NCBI GenBank assembly: GCA_937928215.1
Contig: CALFWL010000020.1
Coordinates: 50,518-114,517 of the forward strand
DNA from: an uncultured Pirellulaceae bacterium
GTDB lineage: Bacteria; Planctomycetota; Planctomycetia; Pirellulales; Pirellulaceae
Length of the DNA: 64,000 nucleotides
Direction of reading: 5' to 3'
A program made the position numbers and the translations under genes. The notes beneath the pieces were generated by a model. The model made no database searches. It was not told the DNA's origin and worked only from the letters and a program-made list of their open reading frames with translations. Each line of letters begins with the position of its first letter. Within the stretch, counting starts at the first letter, position 1. Below are positions 8,054 through 21,400 of the stretch, piece after piece.

Positions 8054-9358
8054 TCACTTGAATTCTGGTAGTTCAATCGTGAATAAGGCACCCTCTGGTT
8101 GATTGGGCTCGGCTCGAATCGTTCCATCAAGGGAGCGCATAATCGAGCGACAAATCGATAGTCCTAGCCCTAGTCCCGTGGGAGAGTCTGTTTCAAATGG
8201 TTCAAAAAGCTTGGAAGGATCGGCTGAAAATCCGCAGCCATTGTCTCCAAAAGTAATCTTCACGATTGAGTCGACCTGCCGGGTAGAGACCTGAATGATG
8301 CGGCTTTTAGTATTCTGGCGGAGTGCCTGAATCGCATTGGCCAGCAGGTTAACCCAAACCTGTTCCAATTGAATTCGGTCGGCTGCCACTGTTAACTGTT
8401 TGGGACAAAGATCCAAGCTTATTTCAACTTGCATTTCCGCCAGCGACGGCCCCATCAGCGCGAACGCTTCGTGCACGGTGTCGTGAATTTTTACTCGCGT
8501 CTTATTGATCGGTTTGTTCTCGGCCATCCGGCGCAGACGCTTGACGATGGCGGAGGCGCGTCTTGCTTGATCTTCTGCCTTGACAATCACGGCCTCGAAC
8601 GTTTCCAGCCCTTTTGCTCCCTCCCCAATACTAGCGCGACAACCACTGAGGTAGTTTGCGACTGCTCCGAGTGGTTGATTGAGCTCATGGGCCAATTGGC
8701 CTACGATTTCACCCAGCGTTGAAATGCGCCCGTAGTGGTTCAATGCTTGTTCCCGCTGGCGCAATTGCCGCTCCATCCGTTTCTGGTTGCTAATGTCACG
8801 CCATGCAGACCGACTGTAGAGAATTTCTCCCTGTTCATTTCGAACAGCAGTGACCTTGAGACTTACGTCCAGTGCCGTGCCGTCTTTACGCCTGAGAACT
8901 AATTCGGTTTCACGGACCTCCCCGTGTTTCACGAAAGTCTTAAATGCAACGATGACTCCGTTATGGCACGTTGGGTGATACAGCCTCATTAAATCCCGAC
9001 CGATTACCTCGTCGCGACAGTATCCAAGACGGTCGAGTAGCGTTTGGTTGCATCGCGTAACCGTTCGCGTCTTCGGGCATACCGAAACATAAAGGTCTGG
9101 CGCATTCTCGTACAGGTCTTCGAACCGTCTCCTTTCCTCGCGCAATTGCAGTTCAGTTGAGCGATGACGTACTTCTGCTTCGGCTAGGCTTCGTTTCGCT
9201 TCTGCAAGTTGGTTTTTGAGCGAATGAACTTGATCCGTCATTGCAGGCTTGCCGTTGGCTGCTGCGCTGCAATCGGTTTCGCGATGTTGACCGGACATAA
9301 ACTGGCGACCTTGAAGAACTGAATGGATGGGAACCCATAACTCCCCAAAATATCCCAA
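8054..9358 (-). CDS. cytoplasmic PAS-domain sensor histidine kinase (FixL-like architecture)
   Basis: Coiled coil, PAS segment (DLYVSVCPKTRTVTRCNQTLLDRLGYCRDEVIGRDL), H-box LAHELNQPLGAV, N-box WVNLLANAIQAL, and G-boxes GDNGCGF and GLGLGLSICRSI. I saw no TM segment. The start is uncertain (ATG 9358, 9298 or 9241). Confidence 0.9.
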   Translation of the reverse strand: MGYFGELWVPIHSVLQGRQFMSGQHRETDCSAAANGKPAMTDQVHSLKNQLAEAKRSLAEAEVRHRSTELQLREERRRFEDLYENAPDLYVSVCPKTRTVTRCNQTLLDRLGYCRDEVIGRDLMRLYHPTCHNGVIVAFKTFVKHGEVRETELVLRRKDGTALDVSLKVTAVRNEQGEILYSRSAWRDISNQKRMERQLRQREQALNHYGRISTLGEIVGQLAHELNQPLGAVANYLSGCRASIGEGAKGLETFEAVIVKAEDQARRASAIVKRLRRMAENKPINKTRVKIHDTVHEAFALMGPSLAEMQVEISLDLCPKQLTVAADRIQLEQVWVNLLANAIQALRQNTKSRIIQVSTRQVDSIVKITFGDNGCGFSADPSKLFEPFETDSPTGLGLGLSICRSIMRSLDGTIRAEPNQPEGALFTIELPEFK

Positions 9359-9439
9359 TTATGTGTTGATCGACATCTCAATGAGTGAATCCGCATCGCG
9401 AGACCTGCTAGCGGCTTCGAAACGGAGCGGTTGCGAAGC

Positions 9440-12400
9440 TTACCTTGCGCTCGCGTTCGTCGAACTGACGTTCAATTGATAGAGATGGTTCTTCCATCCA
9501 ACTTGCAGTGGGTTATTGTTCGCTTCGTGCATCGAATTGATCGTCTCGTAAGCCGAATTTCGCTCAATGCTCTGAACGGTATCCCGTTCGCTGAAAAACA
9601 GCGACGAATGCGTTGCAGGATGGAAATATCGACGCATATTGAATCCGTCATGACGGTTTACATCCGATTGGATCGGTGCCGTTTGTTCAACATCCATGCG
9701 GTGTGGATGCTTCCAAATAACCGCATTCGGGAAGTTGGCAACCCAGTTTCCGCCGGCGTCAGCGACAACTTGCCGTTCGCCAATCACATTGCCCGCTTGG
9801 TCATAAATCCTTAGGTTTAATGTTGTGCCGGGTTCGGCCAAACCACTAAAGATCGGGTCGACCGGAATCGGCTTGAGCGTGCGATCTTCTGTTCGATCGT
9901 CATCACCGAAAAGACCACTGCGGTCACCACCAAACGGATTCGCGAAGTTGTTAAAGCTGTCAAAAGCAAACACAAGAACATCGTCTTCACGTGTCGAACT
10001 GTTGTTTGACGGATCAAGATCTGGACCGTTAAGCCCATCATCAGTGACGGTTGCTGTGTTGATAATCACATCAGCCAGTGGATCCTCAATGACGAACGGA
10101 ATGGTGACGAAGATTGTCAATGTCGCCGATCCACCACGTCCATCAAGACTTCCAACGTCCCAAATCAACTCGCCCGTTGAAGCGTCGTAGTTCACGTTGG
10201 ATGGATCGTCCGTGGTGACTTGATTACGGTCGACTACGGAAGTCGGGATCATATCCGTGACGGTCACGCCAGTACCATTTTGGTCACCGATATTGGTCAC
10301 CGTGATCGTATATTCGAATGAATCACCCACCATCGCGGTTTCGGTTAGATTGGATGTTTTCTCAATCTGATAGTCAGGCGTCGCATTCAAACCAACTGTG
10401 TTGACAGATGTGTTGTCGGTTAGATCGGGGTCTGTTCCATTGTTTCCATCATCTGTAACCGACGCACTGTTATCGAACGAACCGACAAGTTGGCCAACCG
10501 GCTCCTGAACGGTGACCGTGACGGTCAGTGTTTTGGTTCCGCCGCCACCGGCGATAGAACCGGCATCCCAAACCAGATTTCCGGTCGTTGGATCGTAAAC
10601 AACGTTCGCCGCGTCGTCAGTGACAACTGAAAAACCGTCCAACACATTGATTGGAAGTGTGTCACTCACCATGACACCCGTACCGCCCTGATTTCCGTTG
10701 TTGGTAACTTGCAGGAAGTAATTGAAAGTTTGCCCGGGAACAGCAGCCTGCGTCAGATCGTTCGTTTTCACGATTTGATAGTCAGGTTGAGCCGTTACCG
10801 TATTCACATCGTCATCCGAGTTATTGGTCGTGTTCGGATCGACGCCATTGAATGCGTCGTCCGCAACGGTAACAACATTCGTTAGACCAGCAATCCCCGA
10901 ATTCAGTGGGTTGATCACATCGGCCATGACAACAATCGTAACGGTCTCGCCCATGCCAACCGATGAGAGATTCCAAGTAATCGTACCGGCAGACATGTCG
11001 ATCGCACCGCCAGAAATTCCATTTACCGTTGCCGACACGTTCTCCAAAATATCGGTTGGGAACGTATCCGTTACCACCACGTTCTGTCCGCGAAAAGTTC
11101 CGTTGTTGGTCAGCGTGATCGTGTAGTCGATCGTTTGGCCGGGAACAACGTTACTTAGCCCATCGTCTTTGGTGATCACGTAATCTGGCGTCGCATGGTA
11201 CCCAAAATCCGTGTCATCGTTGGTTTCGTTCAGCCCAAGAGTAACACGCGTCGTGTTGTCGGTCGTCCCGTCAATGTCGAACGTTGGATTCAAACCCATC
11301 GCATCAGGCAAGTCGTTGGAATCAACGTTGACGGTGTAGTTACCTGCGATCAGGTTCGCAAAATTGTAGTTGCCGTCGCCGTCTGTTGTTTGAACTCGGG
11401 TAACATCAATCGTTCCGTCACCGTCAACATCGATTTCGAGCGTTACGTCAACTCCTGCGATTCCGCGATCGTTGTCGCTTGGATCGAACGCTCCTCCGTT
11501 GCCGCTGTAGTCGAAGAAGATCGTGTCACCGATCGAGCTATTACCACGGTAGCCAAAATCCTTGTCGTCAACGTCTTGCCCTGACGCCAGATCGTAAGTC
11601 GATGCGTTTGGCGTGCCCAATCCGTCGTCGTCATACGTCTGCGTGGTTCCCGCTGGCTGCGTCACCCGTACCGTATACCGTCCGGCAGGTAGATTATCAA
11701 AAATGTACTCCCCGTTAACGTCGGTGAGCGTCGAAAGCGTGTGGTCAATATTGCCGTCGCTGTCGTAGTCGATGTCCAGTTCAACCGTCAGCCCCGCCAA
11801 GCCAATCTCGTTTGCATCTTCGAAGCCGTCCGCATCTTGATCCCAGAATACCGTGTCACCGATTGAGCCCGTGCCCATAAATCCGAAATCGACATCATCG
11901 TTGTTACCGCCGGTGGCGGACAGCGTCACCGTTGCCGTGCCATCGTTGGTCACGCCCGTGTCATCAAATTCTTCTGTGATTGTCGTCATGCCATCGGGGA
12001 GGCTTGAGGTGTCGACCGTTAGCTCAAAATCGCCCTCAGGCAAGTGTTCAAAGCGGTACGATCCTGCCCCGTCGGTCGTTGTCGTCAGTTGAAAATCGTC
12101 ATCCGTTCCAAAGACCCCGTCTTCACCTGCAAACCCTAGAGTTACGTCGACTCCTGCGATGCCCGGTTCGCCACCGTTTTGACCACCGCTTCCGTCCGCG
12201 TCGTAGTAGATCGTGTCACCGATGGTCAACGCGCCCGTGTAACCGAAATCGATGTCGTCTCGATCGCTTCCGCCAACCGAGAATTCAGCGGTGTGAACCA
12301 ACGTGCTGGCGCCGTCATTCGTTTCCGTAGTTTGAGTCAGCCCCGTTGGCAAATCGTTGACATCCACAGCGACTCGATAATTGCCATCAGCCAGCAAACC

Positions 12401-15400
12401 AAAGTTGTACCCGCCACTCGCATCCGTCGTCGTGTTGAGCATGACGTCGTCAGTCGTGCCGAAAGCACCATCTTGTCCGGCGTACGTCAGCGTCACCGCC
12501 ACGTCACCCAACCCTGGCTCGCCAACATCTTGGTTGCCATCGCCATCGGCGTCGAACCAAACAAAGTCACCAACACTCTGCGTTCCAGCGAAACCGAAAT
12601 CGATATCGTCTTGGTTGCGTCCATTGGTTGCGTCAAGCGTCACGTTCGCCGTGCCAGAGATAGACTCCGCGCCAGCAACGCCCGTCATGTTGCCCGGCAG
12701 TTCTGCATCGGCAGCGTCGACATTGACGCGGTAATTTCCGTCAGCCAAATTGGCAAATCCGTAGCTACCGTTGGCATCGGTTTCGGTCGTCAAGCGAAAG
12801 TCATCGCTCGTGTCGAACACGCCGTCGTCACCCGCGAACTGAAGGTCAACCGTGATGCCAGCCAATCCGGGCTCGCCCGAATCCTGCACGCCATCCCCAT
12901 CGACATCATGCCACACAAAGTTTCCTATGGAACCGGCTCCGCGGAATCCAAAATCAACGTCGTCACGGTTGCTACCATTGAGCGTGATGTTGGAAGTTCC
13001 ATCAACAGCAGCCGCGCTGTCGTCGATCTCATGAGTTGGCGACATGCCTTGAGGCAAGTCCAGTGAATTGTACGTGATGCGATATTCACCGTCGGCTAGG
13101 TTATCGAACTGATAATTACCATTGGCGTCAGTGGTGTCGGTGAGTGTGATGTCATCCGCGTTGTTGAAGATGCCATCTTGTCCGGCGAAGTTCAGCGTGA
13201 CTTCTACTTCAGCCAGCCCAGGCTCATTGAGCACATCCTGAACACCGTCGCCATTACCATCGAACCATAGCCGATCGCCCAAGCTCAACGTGCCCGCAAA
13301 ACCAAAATCAACATCATCATTGGTCTCGTTATCCGCGAGTGTGACACTGACGGTGCCGCTATTAGATTCCGTTCCGCTGACGCCAACAACGCTGCCTAGA
13401 AGATCTGTGTCGGTTGTGTCAACGCTGACTTCAAAATTGCCACCGGGCAAGTTGTCGACACTGTAACGGCCATCCGAGTCGGTCACCGTTGTGAAACTTA
13501 AATCGTCATCATTTCCAATGACGCCATCGGCTCCTGCAAACACGACATTCACAGTCACATTGGCTAAACCAACATCCTCCGCGTCTTGCACTCCATCGCC
13601 GTCAACATCCAGAAAAACGAAATCACCAATCGAGCCACCGCCCGTGAAACCAAAATCAACATCGAATCGGTCACTACCGCCGATAGTGATGTTTGAAGTT
13701 CCATCGATCGCTGCAGATGAATCGTCCGTCTCCGTCGTGCCCGTCACGCCGCTGGGAAGATCTGCCGCGTCAATCTCGACGGTGTAATTTCCATTAAAAA
13801 GCTCGGTGAAACTGTAGAAGCCGTTCGCATCGGTCGTCGTATGGTAAACGACATTATCGCCAATCGTTGAAAGGTCATTGTCAGCTCCGCCGTAGGTCAA
13901 CGTCACGTCAACGTCAGCCAGCCCCTCTTCGCCTGTTTGTAATCCATCGTTATTGGCATCAAACCAGACGAAATTGCCAAGATCAGACAACGCTTCACCA
14001 AAGTCCTGATCGGTCAAACCTGCAAGCGGAACCGTTGCTGCAATCTGGTCCGGCGATGTGCTGGTGTACAGAGTCGGGTGTGTTTGGCGAAGAATATAAT
14101 CGCCCGCCGGAAGGTTGTCGAACGAGTAACTCCCGTCAGGCCGCGTCGTTGTGGTGGCGATCAACGTCGTTCCCGTCGAGTCATAAAGCTCTACCGTTAC
14201 GCCATCAATGCCCGTCGTTTCGCCCGTCTGTTGTGAGCCATCGCGATCGTTGTCAACAAATACCGTTCCTTCAATGGAAACGCCTCGTTCGCCAAAGTTA
14301 TAGTTCGTTGCGTCAACGCCAGCGTTCAACTCGATGCTCGTGATTCGATCGTTCGTTACGGTGCTGCCGTTTCCCTCTGAGCCATCCGATTCCAAGCCAT
14401 CGTTGTAGTCGGTCGGCTGAGTCTGTCGGATTTCGTACTGGTCACCCAACAATCCGCTAAAGCTGTACGTTCCGTCAGCCGCTGTATTGGTAAAGCCTAC
14501 GAAAACAGGACTTCCGCTGCTTGTGTCGTAGAGCTCAATGCGAACACTTTCGATTCCATGTTCACCATCGACGGCATCAAACGACCCGTCGTTGTCAAAA
14601 TCGTTGTAGACTCGACCGGCAATCGAGGAAGGTACATCGGTATCATCAGTCGCCGTTGCGTCAATGCCCGCCGTTCCACCATTGGTGTTGTCGTCGTCGA
14701 TGGTGGCGCTGTTGGATATCGTGTGCTGGCCAATCGGCTGTGGATCATTGACCGTCACTTGAAACGTCACGCTGCCACTGGCTCCGGCAGCAAGGTTTCC
14801 TATGTCAAACCGGAATCGCCCTCCGCCGATATCCGTCCAGTCCGCTGTGCCAGCGAACGTGGTTCCGCTCGGAACGGTTTCGATAATCTGCACACCCGTC
14901 GCATCTTGATTACCGGTGTTGGCGTAGTTCAATGTGTACGTCAGAGTGTCGTCAAGGTCTGCGTTCGCTTGTCCATCTGATTTGGTTAGCGTAAGCACAG
15001 GATTCGCGTTGACGGTGTCAGTGTCCGAGCCGGTATTGTTATTGGTCGGGTCGATGTCATCATGAGTCGCCGACGCACTGTTGGTCACGTCGTTGATGCC
15101 AGCGGCCAAACTGTTCCGTACCGAAACGGTAACTTGAAGCGTTTTGCTGGTCGTTGCGTTGATTGACCCCGCATCCCAGTTCAATTCTCCCGTGCCCGAA
15201 TCGTAAGTCACATTGGAAGCGTCGTCGGTCGTCACAGACGACAAATCAAATATGCTCCCATCCAAAAAATCTTGTACGTTGACGCCCGTTGCCGTATCGT
15301 TTCCATCATTGAAGACGACGATGTTGTACGTGTAAGTCGATCCTGGAACGACAGCCGCAACACCGTTTTCTTTTGTGATTCGCAAGTCCGGCTGGATAAT

Positions 15401-18400
15401 CGTCAAGGATTCCAGCGAAGAGTCTGCGTAGTCGTCTTCTCCGGCATTGCCACCGTCGCCATCTCTCTCGTTCCCCGAGGCTCCGTCGAGCGATGTCCAT
15501 GTCAAGTTTCCAGTGTTGTTGTAGCTGTTGCCAATGTCAGCAATGTCTGTGGTTACGTCAGCATCATACGTAATGACTAAAGCCTCGCCACTATCAAGAA
15601 GATCGAGGCCGCTGATCCTGAAGCCGTTGCTCCCAGTAACAATCGCGTAGTCGTCCACAACAGTCAGTACACTTCCTCCAAGTGTTACGCTGATGGTGCC
15701 TGTGTTCAATGTCAGGTCCTCGGGAAGCGTATCGCTGATAACTAAATCGTAAGCGTCGGTGTCGCTGGCCGCCGAGTGGTTGATCGTCAACGTATAAGTT
15801 ACCGTCTCGCCAAGATTGGGCGTGTCATTGTTGACAGCCTTCAAGATCGTCAGATCGGGTTCGATGACTTCCACCGTTGCGGCGGAAGAAGTGTTCGACG
15901 TCTCCGTGCTTCCATCCGCGGTCCACGAGAGCTGAGCCTCGTTATCAAGTGATGTTCCCGTGCCGGAGCCGTTGCCGTTGTTCCCCACGGTGTTGGTGAC
16001 GCGAACGGTGTAAGTGATCGTCAGCGTGTCAACATCGCCATTGTTGGTGTTGGCGTTGGTGACTGTACCGAGATCAAAAATATGATCGCCACCGCCCGTA
16101 GTCGGATTGAAAGTCGTCAGATCACTAAAATCACCGGTTCCGCGACTGGTCGTGATGTCCGTTGTAGCGGCTCCGTCTGATTCTGCCACAATATTGTCGA
16201 TCGAAATGAATTCGTATCCGCTGGACAGTGTATCGATCAGCTGCAACGAGGCGTACGTCCCTTCCGTTAAGGTCAAAACGACTTGGTACGTTGCGGTTTC
16301 TCCAACGACCGCCTGACTCGCACCGTTGTTGACGTTATCAACACTGGTCCCGATCAACGTCTTGGCAACCGTCGGTTCGCTAATCGCCAGTGCGGTGTTT
16401 GTCGACGAATCACTGTAGTCGTTTTCTCCAACGCCACTGCCACCACGTTCGTTTGCGTCATCCCCGTCATCTGCGTTGGCGTTATCAAGGCTGGTCCACT
16501 GAACGTTTGCCGTGTTGCTGATGATTTCACCGGGTTCGGTTTCAGCGGTTGCCAACGTTCCCGTGATCGTAATGACAACGTCTTCGCCAAAATCTAAATC
16601 GAATGATTGGCCAGCAATGGTTCGAACCGTGTTGGTGCCAGAGTCGTATTCCAATAAGGTGTCGAGATCACCTGCTGTCGAGAGCGTGGCTTGGAAACTT
16701 CCAAACGTAATTTCGTCCGGTAACGCATCGCTGAAGGTCACATCAAACGCATCGGTGTCGCTGTTGGCGGTGTGCGAGATTGTAATTTCATAGGTCACCG
16801 TATCTCCCGCGTCACCTGTCGTTGATGACGTGAGCTGTTTGTCAACATTCAAATCGGCTTCAACGACTTCAATGGCGACGGATTCACCAGCGGTTTGATT
16901 TACGCCGCTGTTCCACTGCATTCGAGCGGTGTTGTTGAGCGAATCACCAGCAGAACTTCCGTTGCCATCTGCATCGACGCTGTTCATGACTCTGACGGTG
17001 TAAGTCAGAGTGATCTGCTCAATAACGGAGTTGTCGTTGTCGCTATTGGAGATGGTTCCTAAATCAAATGTCAGACCGTAGGGAGTTGCACTACTGCCGT
17101 CTCCCGTCACGGTCGGGTTGAACGTCGCAGTCGTCGCAAAGTCGTCGCTAGCGGCATCGGTGCTGAGCGCTGCCGAAGCCACTACATTATCGAGCCTGAC
17201 GAACTCGAGGCCGGCATCAAGTTGGTCAATGATTTCGACGGTTGGTATGCCAACTTCTGGAACGTCAATCGTGATTGAGTACGTGATGAACTCGCCAATG
17301 GTCGCGTGAGCGTCCGTATTCGTCGATCCATTGTTGATGCCGGTTGAGACAATTTGCTTCAGAATGGTTGGTGCCAAAACAGTGATATTGGCAGAGTCCG
17401 TTGAAGCGTAATTATTTGGGTTGCCCGTTGACCCGTCCGCGCCCGTTCGCTCGGTGTCATCCGTGGTGTGAGCGGACTGGTCTCCCACTGCGATGTCACC
17501 GTCAATACTGTGCCACGTGACACTGGCGTTGTTCGCGATGACTTGTTCGGGCTGAACGTCAGGCGCCAATGTTCCGTCGATCTCAAGCGTGATCACACGA
17601 CCGGGGGTGGCGGCAAAGTCGATATTGCCTGTTGATTGAAGCGTCCAACCCGCTACGTTGCTTCCACTAAGAGTGAAATTAGCAGCCGTGACGATTCCAG
17701 CCGTATCAACAACGGTGAATGACGGTGACAGAATCGTCGAACTCCCGCCAAACATTGGCAAGTTGTCAACAAAACCAAGATCAAACGCGTCAACGCCGCT
17801 CGTATTGGTCAACTGGATTGTGTAGCGAATGTCATCGCCCGCATCCGCCGTCGTGCCGTCATCAAATCCGTCACCGTCGGTATCAACCGCCGCATTTTTG
17901 ACGATCGTGATTTCTGGTTCAACAACATTGACACGATTGTCCGCCGTCGCCGTAATGTTCTCCCGTGGATTTGGCGCGGTGCCCGGATCGTCATCCCAAG
18001 TGAACCGCACGCTGTTGTCCAACGTTTGAGCACTCTGGTTGGTGTTCGCGTTGGTGACGATTGCACGATAGGTGATCTCAATGGTGCCGTCAGAATCACC
18101 GGCAACGCCATCGTTTCCATCGTCGGACGTCGCATCGCTGATGGTGCCCAGCTCCCAAGTGATAACGCGTCCGTTAGACGTTACGGAATCTGGGTTATTA
18201 CCGTCTCCAGTGAAAGAAACTCCCCCCGTTGTCGTGACGTTCGTGACATCCACAAATGCCAAACCTGCATCCAACGTGTCGACCAACCGAGCGTTGTCCA
18301 TGGTGACTTCGTTCAGATTCAGTGTCACCGTATAAGTCACAATTTCGCCGATGACGGCATCGTTGGTTCCGTTGCCCGCACTGTTAATCGAAGTGCTGTC

Positions 18401-21400
18401 GAGAGTTTTTGTGACCGCTGGCGTTAAGTCAATGGTGATCGAATGCGAGTCGTCGCCAAGATAGTCATTGTTGCCCGCATCATTACCGTTGCGTTCACCG
18501 TAAGCGGAACCACTGCCGGTTTCGTAGGTCATGCCGCCAGTGTTAGTGCCGTCGAGCGATTGCAAATCACTACCGGTTGAGTTTCCGCCGCTTCCGTCTG
18601 CCGTTCCGTATTCGCCGGGTAGTGAAGACCAGGTGATGTCGACTTCGTTTGTGATAACGTCACCAGGAGAGATGCCACTTTGAATCGTCGCAGTAAAATC
18701 GACTTCCACGGTTGTCCCTTTGGCGACTTGATCGATCACCAGATCAAGCACGTCGCCAGCGGTATTGTCAGTGAATCCGGATCCCAGAGTTGCAGCACCG
18801 ACACGGATTTCAGTCAACGACAGGTTGCTCAGTTCTGACGGAAGAGAATCCAAAACCCGAATGTCAAACGCATTGGATCTCCCGTCACCATCGGCGACAT
18901 CGAAGCTGATGGTGTAGGTCACAACGTCGCCCGCGTCACCCCCACTAACATTGGCGGTCTTGTCGATGTTTTCAATATGCGGCTCGGTGATTCGAATTCG
19001 CGGGCGATCGCCCGACGGTAGTGAATAAAACTGTTCGTCGCTCGTGTTGACGGACCCATTGTTATTTGCGTCGTAGTACAATCGCAAACTGTTATCTCGA
19101 TTGTCTCCGCCGTCAGGCGACCCGGCCGTGCCGCCGTCGTTACCTCCGCTGACCGTGTTGTCGACCAACGCATTGAATTCAACGATCACGTATTCGGTGT
19201 TGGCATCGTTGTCTGTATTGACGACATCGCCAAGTTTGAAATAGACATCTCGGCCAGACGTTGTGTAGTTATCGCTGTCGTTGTTCGCGTTTCGTGAAAC
19301 GTCGCCGTCACCGAACGCGTCGGTGGGAGAAATGGATGCAACGTTCGTTTCGTTGCCAGCGGTGTAGTACCCAGCGCCGACCAACGTGGAAGACGTAATC
19401 GCACTGTTGTCGCTGACAAAAGTGACCAGTGACGTGCCGTCATCAATGAATGTCAGACCCGTTGGCATGAGATCGCGAATCTGGAAATCAGTAAGCGTCC
19501 CCTCTGGCAAGGCGACCTGAATCCGGTAACGAACAATTTCACCAATGGTCACACGCTCGACGCTGGATTCGACGCCAGTGTGCGATTCACTTGTCGATAC
19601 GACCGTTTTTGTGGCTGTGAATCCGGCGGCGACCGCAAAGGCTTCATCCGTCAGCGGAGTCGCTGCGTGATTGTCACCGCCTTCTTGGCCGGCATAATTG
19701 GTCAGTGATGCCGTGTTGGTGTAAGTCTGTGTCGCAGCAACGTCGCTATCGGCAGTCACGTCATAGAAAATAATGACGACGTTCCGGCCGCTGGTCGCGT
19801 TGTACCCATCAACTGCCCCTGCGTTGGTGCCGTCGCCCGTGTCGGGGGTCGCGCCGGGATCATTCAGCTCGATACCGGTCGTGAACAAGTCGGCCTCAGC
19901 GCCCGAGTAAGTCAATGCGGCGCCGGTGCCGTCGACGACTTGAACGCTTCCGCTAACTAGCGAAAATCCGTCGGGCAACGCATCGCTGATTTGAACATCG
20001 TAGGCACCGCGAGTGCTGTTGCCGGTATTTTCAAGAACAATGGCGTACCGAATCCTATCTCCCGCGTCGATTCCGTTGGTGATATTGGAATCAATTCTCT
20101 GCAACGCCAAACCATCGGACGTAATATTGCCGCCACTGAACAGTGGGTCGGCGGTGCCCGCTGTGCCAAACGTGATTCCGGCGGGCCCGAGAGCCGTGTT
20201 GTCGAACTCGGCGGTTGTGCTGTCGGTGCTGACGATACCCTTGGTGATCGAAAGTTCCGGCTGAGTAACCTCTATCTGTACGATCCGGTCAATTACAGTT
20301 GGAGTGCTGTTGGTGGTGCCTTCTTCGGCTCTTACGATGTTGGTCAAGAACAAACCGTCAGCGGTTGGAGAATTCTGAGCCGTGACTGAAACGTACAGTT
20401 CAATCGTGTTGAGCGATGAGGAAGGATCATCGTAGGAGCCATAATCCAATTCGAGTGCGTTGCCACCTGGATTGACCGAGATCGTGGGGATGATGCTCGA
20501 ATCGGTCGCATTGGAGTTGTAAAACGTATCGCCGGCTCCAAATTCAATCACCCCGCTTGCTGGTGCCGTGGCGTCAAAAGAACTACCAACGTTGAACGTC
20601 CAGTTGTCAGACGCATCAATCACACCGTCCGCGTTATGGTCTTGCACATCGAAAATTGGAAGCGGTAGAAAATCTGTTAACTTTAGATTTTCAAAATCGC
20701 TCGTCGCCAGCGTGTACTCGATTCGATAGGTAACCACGTCACCGGGCGTCAACGAAACTTTTCCACTGGGTCCATTCGGTAACGTTGTGTTGCCATTGAT
20801 TGCGTAAACTTCCTTGACCAGTGAGCCGCCTTGGATTCGAACGCTGGTGGAACTGCTATCGGATTCAGTGACACCGGTTGTGCTGTTGATGTCACCATCT
20901 TCGGCGTTTTCACGCACCGATCCGCTGATCGTCAGCGAATTGTTGGTGATCGAGTCACCTTGGTCGACGCTGCGGTCACCAGATCCGAAGCTATCAGAGA
21001 ACTGATCCTGAATCACGGTGCGGAACCGGATCGTCCCAAAAGCTCCACCTTGATTCGTTGCGGTCGTGCGTCCGCCTTGCAAAATGCCGTCCGCAGCCGA
21101 GTTGTCCGTAAGAACTTTGGATAGGTCGAACGTAAGTGTCGTTGACCCATCGCTGCCGTCCGGTGTTGCGCCGTCCTCTCCCGTATTGTCTGCGTTGTCA
21201 ATTTGTGTTTGGTCAACAACGAGTGTTTGCCCTCCATCCGCATCGGTGACTTGTCGAACGGTAAAGTTGCCCGTGACGTTCCCGTTCATGTCGGTGATGT
21301 CAAAAGTTGCGCCGTAGCCGAAGTCGAACGACTGCCCGTCTTGGAACACATCACGAATCACCAAATCACCGAACGTGTAATAATCCGAGATCTGAAATCG

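Noticed and set aside
9440-10200. I looked for a classical T1SS C-terminal signal with RTX GGxGxD nonapeptides in the giant protein.
   Set aside because: I saw no nonapeptide repeats. The C-terminus is an Ig-like segment plus a non-repetitive tail (…NNPLQVGWKNHLYQLNVSSTNASAR). I therefore do not call it an RTX or classical T1SS substrate.
11198-14623. Regular ~340-nt periodicity that could be mistaken for a repeat-spacer array.
   Set aside because: The period is far too long, the units are diverged and in frame within a coding region, and there are no short identical direct repeats. It is not CRISPR.
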